From: Candidatus Eiseniibacteriota bacterium
Lineage (GTDB): Bacteria > Eisenbacteria > RBG-16-71-46
Reading direction: 5' to 3'
NCBI GenBank assembly: GCA_041483195.1
Contig: JBGPFC010000007.1
Span: 1-64,000 of the forward strand
DNA: 64,000 bases
Each line of letters opens with the position of its first letter. Positions within the stretch are counted from its first letter, which is position 1. Below are positions 1-8,131 of this stretch, in pieces. The notes beneath the pieces were generated by a model, which saw nothing but the letters and a program-made list of their open reading frames with translations, had not been told where the DNA came from and did no database searches. Position numbers and translations under genes: made by a program.

Positions 1-131
1 ACCCGGCGCGGCGCCGCGGCGCGCGCAAAGAACCCGGCGCGCTTCCAGCGCCAGGCGGCGCGCGGGCCGCGATGAAACTCACAGCCGGGATTGGGACAGA
101 AGGGGGGCGATCGGGGGCTCGCGATCGGCAT
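1..131 (-). CDS. 5' part of a putative transposase-like protein with an N-terminal zinc-ribbon motif (runs off the window edge)
   Basis: Not in the ORF track. ATG at 131 reads MPIASPRSPPFCPNPGCEFHRGPRAAWRWKRAGFFARAAAPRR. The CPNPxC-xFH start resembles the N-terminal Zn ribbon of IS1-like transposases. Only 43 codons are visible. Confidence 0.45.
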   Translation of the reverse strand, partial: MPIASPRSPPFCPNPGCEFHRGPRAAWRWKRAGFFARAAAPRR

Positions 132-206
132 GCGCGATCAGCTCTGCATCCCCCGCGCCAGCTGCATTCTTCGGAGCACAACCCAAGTAGCGCGGCGCCG
201 CGGGGC

Positions 207-1388
207 TCACGTCCCTGGCGAACGCGTCAGGCCCTCGATCCACTCGAGCTTCTCGCGGTACTGCTCGGCATCAGGCGGCCGATGGACCATCACCGGGTGC
301 GGCATCGCGAAGAACGCGCCGTCGCCGCGCATCGCCTGCCCGCCCCCCACCTCGATGTAGCAGAAGCCCCGCCCATCGATCGCCGCGGTCGCCGGCTCGC
401 CCAGCACCGATGCCGCGATGCGCTGCGCCAGCACCTCCCCCTGGGCGGCCGCGAACACGCCGGCCTTGGGCAGCGCGAGCGGCATCGCCGGATCGAAGCG
501 GCCCGGCAAGCGCACGCTGTTGAGGTCGCCGATCGCGTACACCTGCGGCGCGACTCCGGGCCTGCTCACCTCGAGCGTGGCGGGATCGACCTCCACCCAT
601 CCACCGCTCTCCGCGAGCCCCGCATCGACGACGATCCGCGGAACGCGGTGCGGAGGAATCGCGATCAGGAGGTCGTAGGTCGTCTCGCTCCCGTCCTCGA
701 AGCGAACCGCGCGCCGCGCGCCGTCGATCCCCGCGGCCTTCGAGAGCGGATGGAAGCCGATGTCGCGCGCGGCGAGCGCCTGCTTCACGACGGCTCCGAT
801 CTCCGGGCCGGCCGTCATCATCGGGGCCCGCTCGACCGTCCACACCTCGAGCGTCGTGCGCCCGCGGATGCCGCGCCGCTCGAAGGCGTCGTGCAGCAGC
901 ATCGCGGCCTCGTAAGGGGCGGGCGGGCACATGAAGGGCACGCGCGGGATGAGCAGCACCACGCGCCCGCCGTCAAACGCTTCGAGCGCGGACCGCAGAC
1001 GCTTCGCGCCGTCGAGCGTGTAGAACGTGTGAGCCGCGGAAGCGAGCCCCGGCACGGCGCCGGGGTCGAGCTCGGCGCCGAGTGCGAGCACGAGGTGGTC
1101 ACACAAGAGCCGCCCGGTCGCGGTCTCGGCCTCGCGCCGCGCCGCGTCGATGCCGAGCACTTCGGCCCTCACCACGGTGACCCCGTCTGGCACCAGCCGC
1201 GCCCGCGGCACGCTCACGGCTTCAGCGCGGCGCTCGCCCAGCATGACCCAGGTCTTGGCCGCGCCCACCACGAAATCGGGCGAGCGATCCACCAGCACGA
1301 TGCGATGCTCGTTCGGCAGGCGCGCCCGGAGCGCGCGGGTCAGGGCGAGGCCGCCGAAGCCTCCTCCGAGGACGAGGGTGGTGGTCAT
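207..1388 (-). CDS. FAD-dependent oxidoreductase, sulfide:quinone oxidoreductase/flavocytochrome c family
   Basis: MTTTLVLGGGFGG Rossmann motif, CPPAPYE, VYAIGD, LPKAGVFA and GFCYIE (the two SQR-type cysteines). Start moved to the ATG at 1388. Confidence 0.85.
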   Translation of the reverse strand: MTTTLVLGGGFGGLALTRALRARLPNEHRIVLVDRSPDFVVGAAKTWVMLGERRAEAVSVPRARLVPDGVTVVRAEVLGIDAARREAETATGRLLCDHLVLALGAELDPGAVPGLASAAHTFYTLDGAKRLRSALEAFDGGRVVLLIPRVPFMCPPAPYEAAMLLHDAFERRGIRGRTTLEVWTVERAPMMTAGPEIGAVVKQALAARDIGFHPLSKAAGIDGARRAVRFEDGSETTYDLLIAIPPHRVPRIVVDAGLAESGGWVEVDPATLEVSRPGVAPQVYAIGDLNSVRLPGRFDPAMPLALPKAGVFAAAQGEVLAQRIAASVLGEPATAAIDGRGFCYIEVGGGQAMRGDGAFFAMPHPVMVHRPPDAEQYREKLEWIEGLTRSPGT

Positions 1389-1529
1389 CCGTTTTCTCCG
1401 CAACGCGGGGTGGGACCTAGGGGGGTCAGGCGGCCCGCACATTAGGCGCGTGGCCCGCGCGCATCAAGCACCCGCCACGCCCGCCGGCGATTCCCGCCCC
1501 GGAGATCTTCGCACTTCCCTCACGTCGGC

Positions 1530-1548
1530 GAATTGGACTATCATTATT
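1530..1548. promoter_or_regulatory. AT-rich Fur/PerR-box-like site between the divergent SQR-like and OmpA genes
   Basis: The minus strand reads AATAATGATAGTCCAATTC, matching 13/19 of the Fur consensus GATAATGATAATCATTATC. It is conspicuously AT-rich for this region. Confidence 0.35.
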
Positions 1549-1648
1549 GTCCTTCACTCGCGCGTGGACGGGTGTGCCCCATGGGGTCCACACCGGTCGC
1601 GAACCATTGACAGTGTCCCGGCGATGCCGGTATCGCGCGAGGTATGAA

Positions 1649-2344
1649 GTGAAGACGACTGCTGCGCTGCTCTCCGCCCTGACGCTCGTGGCCCTGATCG
1701 CGAGCTCCGCCCCCGCCCACCCGCGCGCGAACGCGCCCCTCACCGATCCCGCGGCCCCCGGCTATTCGTGGCCCGCCGTCGACATGGATCGCGATGGCGT
1801 GTTCGACCGCGTGGATCGCTGTCCCTGCACCCGGCCCGGGGTCGAGGTGGACCACTGGGGATGCGACATGAAGTCGAGCGCGCCCCCCGGACGAACGCGG
1901 GGCCAGGGTGAGATCGAGGACGAGCTCCTGAGCGGCGGCACCATCACGCTCGACGACGTCTTCTTCCGCACCGACAGCGCGCGGCTCCGCAAGCACGCGC
2001 GCACCATGCTCCGGGACGTCGCGGCCGTCATCCGTCGCAATCCGCGGCTCAAGTTCGAGGTCGGCGGCCACGCCGACCGGCGCGGCACCGAGAAATACAA
2101 TCGCGAGCTGAGCCGCAAGCGGGCGGAGGAGGTGCGCCGCTTCCTGACGCAGGACGCGAAGGTGCGCACCATGCAGCTCGCGGTGCGCCCCTACGGCGAG
2201 ACGCGCCCGGTGACGCCCGAGCGCAACGCGAGGGAGCTGCAGGCCAATCGCCGCGTCGAGTTCCGTCTGCTCAATCCGGAGGCGCTCCCCCGCGGGGCGC
2301 GGATCGCGCAGGCGCCGAGCCTCCTCGCCTACCTCTCCCGCTGA
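1649..2344 (+). CDS. OmpA-family peptidoglycan-binding protein with a thrombospondin type-3-like Ca-binding repeat
   Basis: GTG start after GAGGT. Signal peptide, DMDRDGVFDRVDRCPCT repeat, and OmpA C-terminal motifs VFF, GHAD, NRELSRKRA, GETRP and NRRVEF. Confidence 0.9.
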   Translation: MKTTAALLSALTLVALIASSAPAHPRANAPLTDPAAPGYSWPAVDMDRDGVFDRVDRCPCTRPGVEVDHWGCDMKSSAPPGRTRGQGEIEDELLSGGTITLDDVFFRTDSARLRKHARTMLRDVAAVIRRNPRLKFEVGGHADRRGTEKYNRELSRKRAEEVRRFLTQDAKVRTMQLAVRPYGETRPVTPERNARELQANRRVEFRLLNPEALPRGARIAQAPSLLAYLSR

Positions 2345-2473
2345 TCGAACCACCCGAGGCGGCGCGTCCTCCCCCCGAGGGCGCGCCGCTCGCGTTTCCG
2401 CATCGACGGCGGTGCGCGCCCTGCCCTAGTATGCCGCCTTCCTCGTGTGCGTCCCGGAGACCCAGGCCCACCC

Positions 2474-3679
2474 ATGACGTCCATCGCCCTCGAATGGCTC
2501 CACCTGCTCGCCCGCTGGACCCACGTGATCGCGGCCATCATGTGGATCGGCGACTCGTTCCTGTTCATGTGGATGGACAGCAGCCTCGCGCCGCCCTCGC
2601 GTCCGCGCGCCGGGGCCGTGGTGGGCGAGCTGTGGATGGTGCACAGCGGCGGATTCTACGAGGTGGTGAAGCGTAAGGTGCTCGCGCCCGGCGAGATTCC
2701 GGCCTCGCTCCACTGGTTCAAGTGGGAGGCGTACACGACCTGGATCAGCGGGTTCCTCCTGCTCGGGATCGTGTACTACATGGGCGGCGGTGTGTACCTG
2801 CTCGACCGCAGCGGACCGGGGCTCGGTCTGGGCGCGGCGATCGCCCTCAGCCTCGCGCTGCTCGCGATCGCGTGGCTGGCGTATGACGCGCTGTGGAGCT
2901 CGCCGCTCGCGCGCCGCCCCGCGGTCGCGGGGCTCGTCTCCTTCGCGCTGATCGTGGGCGCCGCGCTCGGGCTCACGCGCGTCTACAGCGGGCGCGCGGC
3001 GTATGTGGAGTTGGGCGCGATGCTCGCCACCGTGATGGCCGCCAACGTGTGGCGGCGCATCATCCCCGCGCAGAGCCAGATGCTGGCCGCGGCGCGCGCC
3101 GGCCGCGAGGCCGACGCATCGCTCGGCGCGCGCGCCAAGGTGCGCTCCACGCACAATCACTACCTCACGCTGCCGGTGGTGTTCACCATGCTCAGCAATC
3201 ACTTCCCATCGACTTACGGCAACCGGCTCTCATGGCTGGTGCTGGTGCTGCTCGTGGTGTTCGGCGCGTCCGTGAAGTACGTGATGAACTTTCGCGCGCG
3301 CAGCAATCCGTGGTTCGTGGCGGCGGCCATCGCATCGCTGGCCGCGGTCGTCTCGCTCACGGTTCCGGCCCGGCATGGCGCCGCCGCGCCGGCGCGGGCC
3401 GGCGCGGGCGTGAGGTTCGCGACCGTCCACGCGATCATCGAGCGCCGGTGCGTGACCTGTCACGCCGCGAAGCCGTCGAACCCGTCATTCACGGAGCCGC
3501 CGAGCGGGATCATCCTCCAGGACCCGCGACGCATCGCGAGCCTCGCGGCCCGCATCCAGGTGCGCGCGGTCGAGACCAGGACCATGCCGCTCGGCAACCT
3601 CACCGGCATGACCGACGCCGAACGCGACACGCTCGGGGCGTGGATCGCGCAGGGCGCGCACATCGACGGCGAGCGCTAG
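2474..3679 (+). CDS. puuD: Urate hydroxylase PuuD (membrane domain plus C-terminal cytochrome c)
   Basis: RWTHVIAAIMWIG, GELWMVHSGGFY, LHWFKWEAYTTWISG, RSTHNHYLTLPV, CVTCH heme motif and MPLGNLTGMT. Confidence 0.9.
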   Translation: MTSIALEWLHLLARWTHVIAAIMWIGDSFLFMWMDSSLAPPSRPRAGAVVGELWMVHSGGFYEVVKRKVLAPGEIPASLHWFKWEAYTTWISGFLLLGIVYYMGGGVYLLDRSGPGLGLGAAIALSLALLAIAWLAYDALWSSPLARRPAVAGLVSFALIVGAALGLTRVYSGRAAYVELGAMLATVMAANVWRRIIPAQSQMLAAARAGREADASLGARAKVRSTHNHYLTLPVVFTMLSNHFPSTYGNRLSWLVLVLLVVFGASVKYVMNFRARSNPWFVAAAIASLAAVVSLTVPARHGAAAPARAGAGVRFATVHAIIERRCVTCHAAKPSNPSFTEPPSGIILQDPRRIASLAARIQVRAVETRTMPLGNLTGMTDAERDTLGAWIAQGAHIDGER

Positions 3680-5694
3680 GGCCCGCGCACCGCGACCGCC
3701 CAGTACACGGTTTGCTGCGCTTCGCCGTTTCCCACCATGCGCGCGCGAACCCACAGGACGTTCCCCGGGTGGGCCACCAGGTTGATGTCGTCGCGCTTGA
3801 ACACGCCGTCGTGCTGGACGTCCGCGTACACCAGGTTCTGGTCCTTATCCAGCAGTCTCAGCTCGATGACATTGTGGGTGTCGACCCGGTTCCCCTGCTC
3901 GTCGACCTCGAGGCGCTCCGGCCACCACGCCGCGGCCTCCACGTGGAACTGGCCGATGCCGCCGATCGAGACGGGGATGTCGACCTGTTCGCCGTCGATC
4001 AGCGAGATCTTTCCGAAGTGGAGCTGTCCGGGCGGCCGCAGCACGATGCCGCCCGCGCCCATCTTCGGATCGAATGGCGACGTCTTGCGGCCCGCGAGGA
4101 TCAGCTGCGCGTACACGTAGCCCGGATCCCTGACGCCGGCGGCGTTCTTGAGCCAGCCGCGCAGCAGCGCGGCAGCCCCCGCGACGTATGGCGCCGCACC
4201 GCTCGTTCCGGTGAATGAGAAGTAGAGCCCCGGTCCCCCGTTGTCCGCGGTCTCGGTGTTGGTCGGGCCCATGACGTCGGGCTTCACGCGGTTGTCGGCG
4301 GTCGGCCCCCAGTTCTGCGCGGTGATGGGCTCACCGGATGTGAACCCGAAGTCGTACGCCCCCACGCCGATCACCTTGCGCGCGTACGCGGGCGCGGTCA
4401 CGGTCCGGTAGGTGCTCCCGTCGGCGCCCAGATGCTTGTTCCCGTTCGGCGCGATCACGGCCGCGCCGGAGTCGAACGCGTGGTCCGCGGCGATCGAGAT
4501 CGCGCACAGGTCGGTCGAGTCGGTCTGGATCTCGGCGCAGATCACACGCCTCAGGTTGCTCACCGCGTCCTGCATCCCGTGCAGCCCCGCGGTGGAGACG
4601 TAGGTCGGCGGGCAGCCTTCGTATACCCGGAAGCAGTCCAGAGTATTCCGCGTCACGCCCCGGTAGCGACCGCCGTTGGCAACGCCGCCGGTGATGATGG
4701 CGGCGCTCGCCGTGCCATGCGCGTCGGCGCACGTATCCTCCGCATTCATCGCGGGCTTCTCCGGATCCTGGGTGATGCAGTCGGCGAGCCCGTTGACGCA
4801 ATCGCCCTTGATCCCGATGTGGGACGGTTCATCGGGCGGCGGGGTCAGCAGCTCGTGCCCGAAGAACACGCCGGTGTCGAGGAGGCTCATCGGGACGGAC
4901 GGCACGCCGAGGTCGAAGTAGGGGTCGCTCCCGATGCGATGTCGTCCGACGATCACCTCGTCGCCCGAGTTCGGCGTGGGCGGACCACCCCACGGTGGCG
5001 GCTCGCCTGCGTTGCGCGGCTCGACGTAGAGCACGTCGTGGCGCGCGGCGAGATTCTCGACCGCGCGCAAAGGCATCTCCACGCGCATCGCCTGCACCAG
5101 CCAGAACCGCTCGAGCACGCGCGCCTCGAAGCGGCGCCCGAGGTCGGCCTCGTCGGCCCGGTACTGGCTGTCGCGCGCGGCCGCGATCCGGTCGATCAGC
5201 GCGCGCGCGGCGTCGAGGGCGCCGGACTTTCCGCGCGCGGCGGCATCGGGCTCGGGGAACCGCGGGATCTCGACGCGATCGCGAAACGTGACGAGCAACT
5301 CCTTGCGCGTGGAGCCGAGGCTGTCGGCCAGCCAGCGGCGGAGCACCGGGTGGATGTGCGAGGGCGCCGTGGCCGCGATCGCCGGCCGGGACGGTGCGAT
5401 GCGGGCGCTGGTCACGCGCGAGTAGGCCGACCGCGGCAGATCCCGCACCGTGAACGCCGCCGCGCCGGTACTGCCGGGGCGTGAGGAGTAGATCTTGTCG
5501 AAGGGGTCTTCGCCGGGCCGCGCGCGCGCGACGGGCCGAACGCTCGCGCATCCGCTGATCGCGAGCCCGAGCGCGAGCAGCGCGAGGACCGCAGCCCAGC
5601 CTATCGTCGCATCGCCGCCGTCCAGTACACGTCCTGCGGGCCGAACGGCACCAGCTCCCCGATGATCTCGAGCTTCCACGTTCCTCCCGCCCAT
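3676..5694 (-). CDS. S8 (subtilisin-like) serine protease, probable lipoprotein (paralog 2); start uncertain
   Basis: Catalytic triad SLLDTGV / AHGT / GTSGAAP, KPDVMGP and lipobox LAISGC. The nearest in-frame ATG (5694, after AGGTGG) lies inside the upstream gene. Confidence 0.85.
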   Translation of the reverse strand: MGGRNVEARDHRGAGAVRPAGRVLDGGDATIGWAAVLALLALGLAISGCASVRPVARARPGEDPFDKIYSSRPGSTGAAAFTVRDLPRSAYSRVTSARIAPSRPAIAATAPSHIHPVLRRWLADSLGSTRKELLVTFRDRVEIPRFPEPDAAARGKSGALDAARALIDRIAAARDSQYRADEADLGRRFEARVLERFWLVQAMRVEMPLRAVENLAARHDVLYVEPRNAGEPPPWGGPPTPNSGDEVIVGRHRIGSDPYFDLGVPSVPMSLLDTGVFFGHELLTPPPDEPSHIGIKGDCVNGLADCITQDPEKPAMNAEDTCADAHGTASAAIITGGVANGGRYRGVTRNTLDCFRVYEGCPPTYVSTAGLHGMQDAVSNLRRVICAEIQTDSTDLCAISIAADHAFDSGAAVIAPNGNKHLGADGSTYRTVTAPAYARKVIGVGAYDFGFTSGEPITAQNWGPTADNRVKPDVMGPTNTETADNGGPGLYFSFTGTSGAAPYVAGAAALLRGWLKNAAGVRDPGYVYAQLILAGRKTSPFDPKMGAGGIVLRPPGQLHFGKISLIDGEQVDIPVSIGGIGQFHVEAAAWWPERLEVDEQGNRVDTHNVIELRLLDKDQNLVYADVQHDGVFKRDDINLVAHPGNVLWVRARMVGNGEAQQTVYWAVAVRGP

Positions 5695-7586
5695 GTTCCA
5701 CCTGTCGTTTGAGTGTTCGCGGCGCTCGTGCGCTGGAACACGCCGGTCACACCGTCGCTCGTACCCCTCACGTTGCCGAGGGGATCGAGCAGGAACAGTT
5801 GAATCACGTTGTGGCTCGGGACCCGATTTCCGGCCGCGTCGATCTTCAGCTCCTCGGGCCACCATAGAGCGGCCTCGATGCGCTGGATGCCGGGCTGCGT
5901 GATCTCGATCGGAACGTCGACCACCGACCCGGACCCGATCGTCACCTTGCCGAAGCACCCCCAGCCGCTGGTGGGCAGCTCGATCGGACCCGCGCCCACC
6001 TTGGGATCGCTGAACGGAAAGGGCTGACGCCCCGAGAGGATCAGCTGCGCGTAGATCTGCCCCGGGTCCGTGATGTTCGCCGCCCACTTGAGCCAGTTGC
6101 GCAGCAGCGCGGCGGCACCCGCCCCGTATGGCGCCGCGCCGCTGGTGCCCGTGAAATTCCAGTACTGAGATGGCGTGATCGAGCTCGTCGCGGAGCCGCG
6201 CGCGGTTTCGGTGTTGCTGGGCGCCTGGATGTCGGGCTTGGCGCGGTTGTCCCAGGTCGGCCCCCAGCTCTGCTGGAGGATGGTCGCGGAGGGAGTCAAC
6301 GTGACCTCGTAGCCGCCGACGCCGATCACCTTCCGCGCGTAAGCTGGAGACTTCACCATGGTGCCGGTACCCGTGCTGGGCGAGGTCTTGTTGCCGTTCG
6401 CGGCGATCACCACCGCACCGGCATCGTATGCGTGGTCCGCGAAGATAGCGATGGCGCTCAAGTCGGTCGAGTCGGCCGCGACCTCGGCGCAGATCACGCG
6501 ATCCAGATTGCTTACGGCATCCTGGAACCCGTGCAGCACGGCGGCTGAGTTGAGCGTGGGCGGACACCCTTCGTACACGCGGAAGCAATCGAGCGTGCCC
6601 GCGGTGACGCCGCGATAGGAATCGCCACGCACGTCGTTGCCGACCATGATCGCCGCCGACGAGGTGCCGTGCCCGGTGCCGCATTGCTCCGCCGGGTCGA
6701 ACGGCTTGAGCGGGTCGGGCGTGACGCAGTCGCCGTGTCCCAGCGGATCGACCTTCGAGTTCACGCAGTCGCCCCGTATCCCGATGTGATTTCCGGTCAG
6801 GAGCAGCTCGTGCGTGAACTGCACGCCGGTGTCGAGCAGACTCATCCAGCCGTAGGAGCTGATCGGGGGCCAGGCGAAGTACTGATCGCTCGCGATCCGC
6901 CCGCGCGCGATCGCCACCTCATCGCCGGTGCTCGGCGTCGGGCCGCCCTGGGGCGGCGGCTCGCCGCTGTGCACTGGCTGGATGTAGATCACGCCAGGGC
7001 GATTGGAGAGCGGGGTCACCTGATCGAGCGGCAACACGACTCGCAGCACCTGCCCCAGCCAGAAACGCTCGAGCACCTGAGCGCCGAAATGCTGCACGAG
7101 GTCGAGCGAGTCCGTGGTGTAGCGGGAAGCGCGGCGCCCGAGCAGTGAGTCCCTCATCGCCGCGGCGTGAGCCAGCGCGGTCAGGTTGGGAGGCGCGTTG
7201 CGCGGGAGCGACATGTCGGGTTCCGGGAAGCGGCGAACCACGACGCCGTCCTCGAAGGTCACGAGCAACGTGTCCTGTTTGGTCCCGAGGCTGTCGATCA
7301 GCCACTGCGACAGCAGTGGATGGAGGCGGCTCGCGTGCGGGCCGGGCGCAGGGCCGGACCTGCGCGTCGGGCGGGCCGGCCGGTAGGCCGAACGCGGCAA
7401 GTCACGCGTGCGGCGCGCGGAGGTCGCGCCCGCGTCGAAGCGCGCTACGGTGATCCGGTCGTACGGATCCTCGCCGGGGCGCGCGAGGTGGCGATGGGAA
7501 GCGCAACCGGAAATAGCCAGCCACGACGCGCACGCGACGAGTCCCAGTACGCAGCGCGGCGTGCCGCGCACGAAGCCATGCAGCAT
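5601..7586 (-). CDS. S8 (subtilisin-like) serine protease, probable lipoprotein (paralog 1)
   Basis: RBS AAGGAGG, lipobox LAISGC, triad SLLDTGV / GHGT / GTSGAAP, and KPDIQAP. Confidence 0.9.
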   Translation of the reverse strand: MLHGFVRGTPRCVLGLVACASWLAISGCASHRHLARPGEDPYDRITVARFDAGATSARRTRDLPRSAYRPARPTRRSGPAPGPHASRLHPLLSQWLIDSLGTKQDTLLVTFEDGVVVRRFPEPDMSLPRNAPPNLTALAHAAAMRDSLLGRRASRYTTDSLDLVQHFGAQVLERFWLGQVLRVVLPLDQVTPLSNRPGVIYIQPVHSGEPPPQGGPTPSTGDEVAIARGRIASDQYFAWPPISSYGWMSLLDTGVQFTHELLLTGNHIGIRGDCVNSKVDPLGHGDCVTPDPLKPFDPAEQCGTGHGTSSAAIMVGNDVRGDSYRGVTAGTLDCFRVYEGCPPTLNSAAVLHGFQDAVSNLDRVICAEVAADSTDLSAIAIFADHAYDAGAVVIAANGNKTSPSTGTGTMVKSPAYARKVIGVGGYEVTLTPSATILQQSWGPTWDNRAKPDIQAPSNTETARGSATSSITPSQYWNFTGTSGAAPYGAGAAALLRNWLKWAANITDPGQIYAQLILSGRQPFPFSDPKVGAGPIELPTSGWGCFGKVTIGSGSVVDVPIEITQPGIQRIEAALWWPEELKIDAAGNRVPSHNVIQLFLLDPLGNVRGTSDGVTGVFQRTSAANTQTTGGTWAGGTWKLEIIGELVPFGPQDVYWTAAMRR

Positions 7587-7729
7587 GCGGCCTCCTTATG
7601 TCAGGGCAGCTGCCAACACCGAGATCGCGGGCGACGGCCCGCCCGGCGCCCTGGGTGACGAGCGCCGGGATCGGGCCGCCTCAGCCCCACGATCCCGAGT
7701 CGATCACGCGGAAGCGAAGCCTCCCGAGC

Positions 7730-8131
7730 CTAGGGGTCCGCGATGATCGCCGGCGTATCCGGCCCCTGATTCGGCGGGGTGATCGGGGGATCGATGTCGT
7801 AATCGTAGCCACGCTGCTGCGCGGAGGAGAAGACCGTGAACCATTTCGACTTCTTCCCGGCGTTGATCTGGATCGGACCTGGCGCCTCGACGAACGGCCA
7901 CAGCTGGAAGGTGAGCGTGTGGCCACGCACGTCCTTGTTCCACCAGCGAATGCGATCCTTCCCCTTCTCGCTCAGGCGTGGGAACTGCGGATCGACCGTT
8001 CCGTCTGCGCGCAGCTCGACGGTGACGTCATTGCGGGGCGGCGGCGGCGGGGGCGGCGGCGGTATCGGTGGTTTGGGCTTGTGCGGCTTGTGCGGCCTGT
8101 GCTTCTTCGGCTTCGGCGTGTTCGGACTCAT
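7730..8131 (-). CDS. Small hypothetical protein: Lys/His/Pro-rich N-terminus and a beta-rich domain
   Basis: ATGA overlap with the kinase stop and RBS GGGGGAG. KPKKHRPHKPHKPKP and poly-Pro are followed by a predicted beta-sandwich ending PAIIADP. Confidence 0.75.
   Translation of the reverse strand: MSPNTPKPKKHRPHKPHKPKPPIPPPPPPPPPRNDVTVELRADGTVDPQFPRLSEKGKDRIRWWNKDVRGHTLTFQLWPFVEAPGPIQINAGKKSKWFTVFSSAQQRGYDYDIDPPITPPNQGPDTPAIIADP

Noticed and set aside
3676..6684. Single 1002-aa protease
   Set aside because: The first third or so overlaps the upstream subtilase in another frame and is low-complexity. The real protein starts near the LAISGC signal.
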